Assembly: GCA_963838855.1 (NCBI GenBank)
Contig: CAWISX010000019.1
Coordinates: 57,494-121,493 of the forward strand
Reading direction: 5' to 3'
DNA: 64,000 nucleotides
From: an uncultured Gemmatimonadales bacterium
GTDB taxonomy: Bacteria > Gemmatimonadota > Gemmatimonadetes > Gemmatimonadales > Gemmatimonadaceae
The notes below the pieces were generated by a model. It saw only the letters and a program-made list of their open reading frames with translations, was not told where the DNA came from and made no database searches. The first letter of the stretch is position 1, and every line of letters starts with the position of its first letter. A program made the translations under genes and the position numbers. Positions 38,564-46,034 of this stretch are shown piece by piece.

Positions 38564-40465
38564 TCAGGATGATAGCCTCCACCACAGAAGTCGAGCCGTA
38601 CGCACCGGCGCGCGCAGCAGGCGCCCGGCCAACGAGGCTGGCGCGGTCAACACCCGCGCCGCCGCCGCCATTCCTGGACGCAGCCCACCATCAATGTTCG
38701 GCACGCGCGCTCGAACCGGAAATGCGACGTTCCCCGCGACGTCGGCAGCGGAATCCGACGGTAAGCTGCCTATGGCAACGACATGTCCGACGAGCGTGCG
38801 CTGCGGCGCCGCATCCGCGCGCGCGTGCACTTCCTGCCCCAACCGGACGCGGGCGAGATCTTGCTCGTCGACTCCGAAATCCAGTTCCAGCGTATCTGTG
38901 CGTCCCACCAATACCACCGGATCGCCAGCCTCGACCCGCATGCCCACGCGCTCCTCGGGCCGAGGTGTCAGAACAACGCCGTCGACCGGAGATCGAACGA
39001 GAGTGAAGCGAAGCTGGTCATCTGCCAACGCGGCCACGCGACGCCTGGATTCTCCGCGCAACCGCGCGACGCGCTCCTGCGCAGCGTCGCCGTGGCTGGC
39101 CGCCAACTCCGCCTCACGGTCATCGGCGCCCGCATCGGCCAAGGCGGCGTCGCGCTGGGCCCGTAGCTCCGCGTCCGATAGCTGTGCGAGCGGCGCACCC
39201 CGCGCCACGCGTTGGCCCTCATCGACGAAGATCCGTTGAATCACCCCGCCGACTTGCGCGCGCGCCTCCGCACCGCCCAATTGCCGGAACGTTGCGTGCT
39301 TACCGTCAACACGCAGCGGCCATTGCAGCAGCGTGACCGCGCCCAAAACGACAACGGCAGCCACACCATACGCAGTGCGGCGACGGCGCGGCACGCCAAG
39401 CAGCGCCCTCCACTTGAGGCTGAAGGCCCCAAGCGTGTTGGCGAGAGGGACTTGTTCGTATAGCTGCGCATTGCGAATTGCGACCGCGGCCTGCGCTGCG
39501 AGAATGGCCGCGACCTCTCTCTGCCGCGGGGCAGCGAAATCGACGCGCGCCGCCTCGAAAAACAAAATGCCGACAATCCCTTCTTCGTCCTTGAGCGGCA
39601 TGTACAATCCGCTTTCGACGCCCGCGCGGGCCAGGTCGTCGCCGAAGATCTGAAGGAAGATGCGCTCGGCATCGGACGCCGCCTCGGTGCGGTCTGAGAG
39701 ATAGAATGCCTCGCCGGTTCCAGCCGCCCACGCACCGCGTGCCGCAAGGTCCTGCACCGCCGGATCTGCCGCGTCCACAGTGTCGGCACCCGCAACTGCG
39801 CGTATATCGCAGACACCGCCGTCGTACAAACCTATGGCGGCGCGGTCGAAGGCCATTGCGCGCGCGGCTAAGTTGACGGCCGCGCGCAACACTCGGTCGA
39901 GGTCGAGCGTAGACGTGATCTCGCGACCCATCTCCGCAAGCAGCGCGAAGTCCGCCGACCTGTCGGCGTCGCGCATGCGATTGGCCGTGCCGAAAGCAAG
40001 GCCAGCACTCGCTGCAAACGAAGCGAGTATCGCCTCGTCCGCCGCGTCAAACGGTGCAGCGCCATCTTCCTCGCGCGCGACGCGGAGTGCACCGATCGAC
40101 TCCCCGCGATCCGGCAATGCGACCACGAGGGTCGTGCCGTCGCCATTTGGCAATGCCGTCACCTCGGCCGCCGGAAGTGTCACCCCCGCTAGATGCTTTG
40201 CGTCACGGCCGGCCGCGACCTGGCACACCATTCCGCCTGCGGTGCGCAGCCACAGCGATCCTGCGTCTGCCTGTACGGCGGTCAACGCGCCTCCAAGCGC
40301 CGCTGACGAGAGCTCGTCAGGCTCCACAACGCCCGCGAGCTCACCGATGACCGTTCCAAGCGTTGTGAGTCGATCGACCCAGTTGCCGACCGCTATGCCG
40401 TCGCTCCGAGCCGCCACTCGAGGTGCCTCACCGATTCGCGGGGTGTGAAGGTGCCGTGTCGGCAA
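38564..40465 (-). CDS. tandem-GAF + TM + HlyD-like membrane fusion protein
   Basis: 633-aa ORF. Two GAF-like blocks are present (...GSLWLRTAGGMVCQVAAG...IGALRVARE... and ...REITSTLDLDRVLRAAVNLAARAMAFDRAAIGLY...IVGILFFEA...AIRNAQLYEQ). One TM helix follows (AYGVAAVVVLGAVTLLQW), then the HlyD pattern GGVIQRIFVDEGQRVARGAPLAQL, a coiled coil, and VRSPVDGVVLTP. The start (TTG 40465 or GTG 40417) is uncertain. Confidence 0.8.
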   Translation of the reverse strand: MPTRHLHTPRIGEAPRVAARSDGIAVGNWVDRLTTLGTVIGELAGVVEPDELSSAALGGALTAVQADAGSLWLRTAGGMVCQVAAGRDAKHLAGVTLPAAEVTALPNGDGTTLVVALPDRGESIGALRVAREEDGAAPFDAADEAILASFAASAGLAFGTANRMRDADRSADFALLAEMGREITSTLDLDRVLRAAVNLAARAMAFDRAAIGLYDGGVCDIRAVAGADTVDAADPAVQDLAARGAWAAGTGEAFYLSDRTEAASDAERIFLQIFGDDLARAGVESGLYMPLKDEEGIVGILFFEAARVDFAAPRQREVAAILAAQAAVAIRNAQLYEQVPLANTLGAFSLKWRALLGVPRRRRTAYGVAAVVVLGAVTLLQWPLRVDGKHATFRQLGGAEARAQVGGVIQRIFVDEGQRVARGAPLAQLSDAELRAQRDAALADAGADDREAELAASHGDAAQERVARLRGESRRRVAALADDQLRFTLVRSPVDGVVLTPRPEERVGMRVEAGDPVVLVGRTDTLELDFGVDEQDLARVRLGQEVHARADAAPQRTLVGHVVAIGSLPSDSAADVAGNVAFPVRARVPNIDGGLRPGMAAAARVLTAPASLAGRLLRAPVRTARLLWWRLSS

Positions 40466-40585
40466 CCATGCGGCAATACTGGTCCCGCCCGCCTGTCTGT
40501 CAATAAATCATCAAGGATCTGTCATGGTCTGTTGGGATTGAGGAAGCAAACTTATCTTTGGCCGGGTCCAATTGGTCGGGGGTTC

Positions 40586-42622
40586 GTGCCGCGCTTCGGC
40601 TTGACGCTTTGCGGTCGTCTGACTTTGACCGTGGATGGCGCCGTTCCGGCCGTTCCCGTCGGCGCCAAGGCGCTCGCTTTATTGGCGTACCTGGTGCTGG
40701 AGCCAGGGCCGCACGGGCGTGACGCGCTAACAGCGCTACTGTGGGGGGACTTCCCCGAGCCGCAAGCCAAAGCTTCCCTTCGTCAAGCTCTCACGCGCCT
40801 CCGTCAGGTGCTTGGCGACGCACTGGAGATCAGCCGAAACTCCGTGGCGCTCGTCGCCCCAGTTGATTGCGACGTAGCTCCCTTCGTCAGCCCTGCATCA
40901 GGCCAGGCTGGACCAAGCGACGTGCAGTATGCACTACGCGTGGACGTCCACCGTTTTCTGGAAGGCCTGCCGATCCGGCAGTGCTCAGCGTTCGACGAAT
41001 GGGCGGCCGCAACGAGACGCACACTTGTCCGGGGTTACACGGCGGCTCTAGCCGAAATGGCCAGTAATGGGCTGGCGCAACTCGATTGGCAGGCGGCCGC
41101 AAGTGCGGCCGACCGTTGGCGCTCTGCTGACCCGCTGTCAGACGAGGCAGCACTCGCGGCAATGGAAGCGCGCCTCCTCTCCGGAGACTACGATGGCCCG
41201 CTCAGGATCTTCCAGGAGCACGTCGCTGGCCTGACCGACGAAGGTCGACGTCCAGGTCGTGCAGTGCAGGCCCTGGCCGAACAGGTGCGACGGCAAGGCC
41301 CCGGCGGCGGTGACGCACGCAATCTGCCTGCGGCTGAGGCCACCCGCCCGCTTCGCGCCCGATTGCGGTGCCGCGAACGTGAGTGGGCTGCGCTGCAATC
41401 CGCATGGCGCGCCACCGCGATCGGGACCGCGCGCGTGGTGCTGGTTGAGGGCGAGCTCGGTGCCGGAAAGACGCGATTGGCCAGTGACTTCGCCGCGTGG
41501 GTGACGTCGCACGGCGGGTGCGTGCTCAAGGGTCGTGGGACTGAGGCCGGCGCGGCAATTCCATTCGCCCTCATATCCGAAACCCTGCGCTCTGGCCTCG
41601 ATGCTCCGGGGGTTGCTGGCACGGATGGCCAGTGGCTCGCCGAGATCGCGCGATTCGTCCCCGAGCTTCGTCAGCGCCTACCCGGAGTGCCGGCAGCAGC
41701 CCCGCCTGCGCCCGCAGAGGCTTGGCGCCTATTCGAGAGCGTTGCGCAAATGCTCGGGGCAATCGCGAGCGAGCAGCCCGTATTCGTTCTGCTCGATGAT
41801 CTTCGCTGGTCGGACGGCGACAGTGCGGCGTTGCTGCAATTTCTGGTTGACCGCTTGGCTCAGACACCCGTCCTGTGGTGCGCCACGTTGACACCTGGCA
41901 CGGACGATCGCGGCTCGCGCACCGGACGGCTGACTCGCGCGCTTCGGGAGGCACCGCACGCCCAAGTGCTCCGTCCCGCACGGCTCGGCGAAGCCGACGT
42001 CGCGGCAATGCTCGAGGAACTCGTGTGCGTATCCGCAACGGCTGGGCTGCAGCGCCTCGCTCGACGCATTCACGAGCAGAGCGCCGGCAACCCTGGCTAT
42101 GTCACCGCCCTCGCGGAGGCCCTGATCGCACGCGGCGGGATCGTGCGGACCCCGGATGGGCAGTGGGCACTCTCCCCGGCCGCCGACGGGGACAGCTTCG
42201 AGGGGTCGCTGGCGCCAGGAGACTTGGCTGTGGTGCGCGCACCAATTTTGGAGCGCGTTGAGCGCCTTCGAGACGACGCACGCGCCATTCTCGTTACGAT
42301 TGCAATGGCAGACGGCGAGCGGTGCGATCCCGACGTGCTGTCGCACGTCCACGGCATGTCGCGATTGCGTGCTGCCGCGTTGGCCGAGGGGCTGCTGGAC
42401 CGCGGGCTTGTTGCCGAAATCGACAATGGTTATCAGTGCGCGCACCCCGTTATTGCGCAGGTGGTCCGTGAGGGAGTCAGTGCGTCTTGGCGGCGCGCGG
42501 CGAAGCAGACGCTCGCGGAAGTGCTGTCCGGGCCGAAGCAGCCGGACGGGTCTCGCCACCAGAGCGTCGGATCGGTCCCGTCCGCGCCGCGCACGCATCG
42601 CGGTCTCCAACCGCGACCGTAG
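40586..42622 (+). CDS. SARP-family transcriptional activator (OmpR-type wHTH + BTAD) fused to a P-loop STAND/AAA_16 NTPase and a helical C-terminal domain
   Basis: The wHTH region reads FGLTLCGRLTLTVDG...KALALLAYLVLEPGPHGRDALTALLWGD...SLRQALTRLRQVLG. The BTAD-like region includes DVHRFLEG...AMEARLLSGDYDGPLRIFQEH. Walker A is VLVEGELGAGKTRL and Walker B is VFVLLDDLRWSD. A GTG start at 40586 is proposed; the track ORF starts at 40445. Confidence 0.8.
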   Translation: MPRFGLTLCGRLTLTVDGAVPAVPVGAKALALLAYLVLEPGPHGRDALTALLWGDFPEPQAKASLRQALTRLRQVLGDALEISRNSVALVAPVDCDVAPFVSPASGQAGPSDVQYALRVDVHRFLEGLPIRQCSAFDEWAAATRRTLVRGYTAALAEMASNGLAQLDWQAAASAADRWRSADPLSDEAALAAMEARLLSGDYDGPLRIFQEHVAGLTDEGRRPGRAVQALAEQVRRQGPGGGDARNLPAAEATRPLRARLRCREREWAALQSAWRATAIGTARVVLVEGELGAGKTRLASDFAAWVTSHGGCVLKGRGTEAGAAIPFALISETLRSGLDAPGVAGTDGQWLAEIARFVPELRQRLPGVPAAAPPAPAEAWRLFESVAQMLGAIASEQPVFVLLDDLRWSDGDSAALLQFLVDRLAQTPVLWCATLTPGTDDRGSRTGRLTRALREAPHAQVLRPARLGEADVAAMLEELVCVSATAGLQRLARRIHEQSAGNPGYVTALAEALIARGGIVRTPDGQWALSPAADGDSFEGSLAPGDLAVVRAPILERVERLRDDARAILVTIAMADGERCDPDVLSHVHGMSRLRAAALAEGLLDRGLVAEIDNGYQCAHPVIAQVVREGVSASWRRAAKQTLAEVLSGPKQPDGSRHQSVGSVPSAPRTHRGLQPRP

Positions 42623-42628
42623 GCGCCG

Positions 42629-43012
42629 TTAGGGCGCTTCCAGCACGACCACCGCGGCGGCCGTGGTGTCGGTGTGTGTTAGCGAGAGGTGGACTGTGCG
42701 CGCGCCAAGTTGCTGAACCCGAGTGAAGGCGACGCCGTGAAGCTCGATCGACGGACGTGAACCCTCCTGCGCCACGACTTCCAGCTCCGTCCAACCAATA
42801 GCGCGGGCGAGCTCGTTGCCGGCCAATGCCTTGTAGGCAGCTTCCTTCGCCGCCAGTCGAACTGCGTAATGCATCGCCGGTCGAGCGCGGGCCCGGGCGT
42901 ACTGTATTTCGCCCGGTGTGAATAAGCGCCTGAGCGCACGGTCGGCGTGACGCGCTATCAGACGCTCGACGCGGGAAACATCCACGAGATCGATGCCCAG
43001 CCCGACGATCAC
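42629..43012 (-). CDS. acpS: holo-[acyl-carrier-protein] synthase
   Basis: 127 aa from GTG 43012, with VIVGLGIDLVDVSRVERL and AAKEAAYKAL. The GTG overlaps the upstream stop. The track ORF extension to 43138 is rejected. Confidence 0.85.
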   Translation of the reverse strand: MIVGLGIDLVDVSRVERLIARHADRALRRLFTPGEIQYARARARPAMHYAVRLAAKEAAYKALAGNELARAIGWTELEVVAQEGSRPSIELHGVAFTRVQQLGARTVHLSLTHTDTTAAAVVVLEAP

Positions 43013-43758
43013 GCGCGACGCCGCCAGAGCCGTCGCCAAAATCCCACGTGCTCTTCCTGCTCGTCCGCCAGCGCCAAAGCCGCGGCCGCCCAGCAGCTGT
43101 CCACCTCTGCGAACATCGCGCGGCACGCCGCAGCCCACTCGCGCCAGCGTACGAATGACGCGTCGTCGCCCTGCTCCGCGAACGTGCGCGCTGCTTCGTG
43201 CAGTCTGTCCAACGCGGCAAACGCGGGAGCGGCTAGCTCACCCAGTTTGGTTTCGAGAGCCCGTCGCTCCGGCGCGCGCCGCGGATGGTGGTCCGCAGCC
43301 AGCGCCTGCAGCACGCCTTCGAGCTGCCCGCGCAGCCGCGCCGCATCGAGAGCCGTCAGCCGCGCTGCCGCATCGCTCGCACGCTGAGCCCCGCGGCGCG
43401 CGGCAAGGAATGGCGCATAGAATCGGTCGTGCTCAGCTCCCGGGCTGCCTCTCGTGGAGCCAAGCGCACGCAATGCCAGCGTCAGCTCCGGAACATCGCA
43501 CGCTGCGGACTTGATTCGTCTTCCGAGATCTGGCAGCGCGTCGTTGTCGGTCAGCTCGACGACGTCGCCCGTGTCGAGATACAGCGTCAGCGCGCCCGGC
43601 GCGGCTCGAAGGCCATCGAGTGTCGCCACCGGAAACACGGTAATGGCCTGGCCTTCAACCGCGACCCGTACGCCTTCGTCGACGAAGTCTATTGTGGCCG
43701 GGCCCGCGACCTCCTCCCCCCGCAGGAGCCCCCACGCAGCGACAGATAACGCTGCCAC
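43009..43758 (-). CDS. hypothetical protein
   Basis: 249-aa ORF, translationally coupled to acpS, with coding-like G/C at third positions. No motif recognised. Confidence 0.5.
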   Translation of the reverse strand: MAALSVAAWGLLRGEEVAGPATIDFVDEGVRVAVEGQAITVFPVATLDGLRAAPGALTLYLDTGDVVELTDNDALPDLGRRIKSAACDVPELTLALRALGSTRGSPGAEHDRFYAPFLAARRGAQRASDAAARLTALDAARLRGQLEGVLQALAADHHPRRAPERRALETKLGELAAPAFAALDRLHEAARTFAEQGDDASFVRWREWAAACRAMFAEVDSCWAAAALALADEQEEHVGFWRRLWRRRA

Positions 43759-43761
43759 GCG

Positions 43762-44370
43762 TCAGGCGTCCGCAACGCCGTAGCGGAAGTCACCCTCGAG
43801 CTCGCGCGCGCATAACGCCGCGCGCTCACCCGTGCGCGCTTCGTACCGCGTCACAAAGTCCGGCAAGCGGTCGGCCGTGAACCCGTCTCGTGGCAGACCC
43901 GTCGCCGCAATCGCGCGCTCGATCGCCTCCGGCGAACCTTCGATCTCGAGCAACGTGTCCATCCTCGGGTAGTGCTCGAATCGCAGGGTTGCGCCATCAA
44001 GCACGAACTGGACAATCTCGCGGTCGATCTCTCGAGTAACCTCGAATCCGATACGGGAGAGGATGCCGGCAAGCGCGTCAGGGTCGGACGCACCGGTCGA
44101 CAGCTCCTCGCGAACCTTGTACCCCTGCTCGTATGCCGTCGCACCTTTCCAGTCGAGCTCCGCACGCAGCGTCGAGCCAGGAGCGCCATGGTACGCGCGA
44201 AGCCGTAGGACCTCGTCCCGCTTGGTGAGTGCTCGGCGCGGGCAGTCGTACCGCCGATCCTCGAGCCTGCCCGCAAAGACCAAGCGCGCGCCAGCCTCTT
44301 CGACCCGGCCGCGAACGAGGTGCTCATCATGAACAACGGACTTGACCTCCACCTCGCGCATTGCGCTCAC
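43762..44370 (-). CDS. CYTH-domain protein (class IV adenylate cyclase / triphosphatase family)
   Basis: 202-aa ORF starting REVEVKSVV (the ExExK motif) followed by alternating charged beta-strand patterns (RLRAY..., ELDWKG..., LEIEG). Confidence 0.7.
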   Translation of the reverse strand: MSAMREVEVKSVVHDEHLVRGRVEEAGARLVFAGRLEDRRYDCPRRALTKRDEVLRLRAYHGAPGSTLRAELDWKGATAYEQGYKVREELSTGASDPDALAGILSRIGFEVTREIDREIVQFVLDGATLRFEHYPRMDTLLEIEGSPEAIERAIAATGLPRDGFTADRLPDFVTRYEARTGERAALCARELEGDFRYGVADA

Positions 44371-45074
44371 TCTCCCAGGATTCCATTCACGACGACCGCC
44401 GTATCGCGGAAATCGTCAAACACCGCGTTTGCCCCGTGGCGCATGAGATCAGTCACGGAATAGCGCCCGGTCGCGACACCAATCGTTCGGGCGCCGACAC
44501 CTCGTCCACACTCAATGTCCGCCGGCGTATCGCCCACGACCACGAGCGCCTGGCCCGTAACATCGACGCCGAGCATTTCTCGTGCGCGACGCCGCGCCAC
44601 GGCTGGCAGATCCGGCCGACACTCGTGGTCTGACCCGAATGCGCCAACCGTAAAGAGCGCTGGATCGATTCCGGCTGCGGAAAGCTTCGCATTCGCGCCG
44701 GCTGCGAGGTTTCCAGTGAGCAATCCCAGCACGACCCCGCTGCGCTTGGCCAACGCGGCCAGCAGCTCTTGAACACCCGGATACACGTGGGCCACGTGCT
44801 CGGGATCTCGTAACTCCTCGTGCAAGCACTCCACATATCGGGCCAGTAGCCCAGCCATGCGCGCGTCAATCACGGCATCGGCGTGGCCCTCCGCCTGCAT
44901 CAGTTCACGGACGATCTGTTTATCCGTCTTCCCATCGAACCAGTAGTCGGCCGGTCCTGTCGTCCCGAATATCTCCATCAGCGCAGAGTGAATCGCCCGC
45001 CGGCCTGCGCCGGCGGCCGACAGCAGCGTGCCATCAATGTCGAACAACACAAGTCGCACCGCGGCGAGCCGCAC
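44367..45074 (-). CDS. HAD-superfamily hydrolase (phosphoglycolate phosphatase-like)
   Basis: Motif I LVLFDIDGTLL, motif II GLLTGN, motif III/IV ...VVVGDTPADIECG. Confidence 0.8.
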   Translation of the reverse strand: MRLAAVRLVLFDIDGTLLSAAGAGRRAIHSALMEIFGTTGPADYWFDGKTDKQIVRELMQAEGHADAVIDARMAGLLARYVECLHEELRDPEHVAHVYPGVQELLAALAKRSGVVLGLLTGNLAAGANAKLSAAGIDPALFTVGAFGSDHECRPDLPAVARRRAREMLGVDVTGQALVVVGDTPADIECGRGVGARTIGVATGRYSVTDLMRHGANAVFDDFRDTAVVVNGILGE

Positions 45075-45094
45075 AGCGGCGAAATGTATGCTGG

Positions 45095-46000
45095 TTACAG
45101 CACCCGCCGGGCGAAGCGAAAAAACTCACGAAGCCGATTCACGTAGGGATCGCGAGTCGCCGTGAGTCGGTCAACCGCATGGCCACCGCGGCCCAGCGCG
45201 ACGTGCACAAGCGAGGCGTCCCCAAGGCCGATTCCTACATGCGTTATGCGGCCATCGGCCGCTTCCGAGAAGAAAAGTAGATCCCCGGGCTCGGCCGCCG
45301 CGGGGTCGCAGCCCGCATCCGACCCGACACCAGCTTGTTGCCACGCGTCGCGCGGCAGTGGGATTCCGTGGAGGGCGAACACCGTCTGCACGAACCCCGA
45401 GCAATCGGCGCCCCAGGGCGTCACGCCCCCCCACATGTAACTGGCACCGGCAAACAACTCCTGCGCCGAATGGACGATTGCGCGCGCATCGAGTGGAAAC
45501 CTGCGAGGTAGCTCGCCGAAAGCCACGGTTCGCCCGGCAACGCAGGAATCGCCCGGCGCCAACAGCGCGCGGAGAGGAAGTGCGCGGTGCCCGTGGATCG
45601 AATCTCCGCCGCGCGCTACTACACATCCAAGCGACACGAGCGCGGTCGCCTCCACCGGCCGCGACCCCGCCGTTAGATAGCCGCGATGCACCCAGCCCGG
45701 ATACGCGTCGTCCCCGGCCACGTGCAGCCATGCCTTACCCGAGGCTTCGTCTTGGGCGTCGTCCTCCAGCGTGTCGAGGGTTTGCCCAGCCACGCGCTGC
45801 GACACGAGCGGTGTGGCTGGCGAAGGTTCGGCATGCAGCGGCGCGATTGCGGCGCGGACCGTCAGCCGGGCGGTACTTCCTCCTCGCAGCGCGCGCACAG
45901 CTGAAACCCCCGAAAGCTGCAAATCAGGCAGAGAAAGGTCCCGCACCTCGCGCAGGGGTAGCCTTCGGAGGCGCGCTCTTCTTTCCCGCATCTGCGACAC
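45095..46000 (-). CDS. NlpC/P60 (C40) peptidoglycan peptidase with N-terminal SH3-like region
   Basis: The catalytic Cys context is YMWGGVTPWGADCSGFVQTVF and the His context is ITHVGIGLG. Confidence 0.8.
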   Translation of the reverse strand: MSQMRERRARLRRLPLREVRDLSLPDLQLSGVSAVRALRGGSTARLTVRAAIAPLHAEPSPATPLVSQRVAGQTLDTLEDDAQDEASGKAWLHVAGDDAYPGWVHRGYLTAGSRPVEATALVSLGCVVARGGDSIHGHRALPLRALLAPGDSCVAGRTVAFGELPRRFPLDARAIVHSAQELFAGASYMWGGVTPWGADCSGFVQTVFALHGIPLPRDAWQQAGVGSDAGCDPAAAEPGDLLFFSEAADGRITHVGIGLGDASLVHVALGRGGHAVDRLTATRDPYVNRLREFFRFARRVL

Positions 46001-46034
46001 ACCATCGCGTCGCGTTCGTGAAGCTCAGTCTCGC

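Noticed and set aside
35525-40448. Long alternative-frame ORFs inside the candidate locus (35525-36454 +, 36272-37294 -, 36872-37522 +, 38145-39239 +, 38248-39006 +, 39780-40448 +)
   Set aside because: All are Ser/Arg/Ala/Pro-rich with no motifs, and each lies entirely within an ORF that has clear M50, HlyD or GAF signatures. I treat them as GC artefacts.
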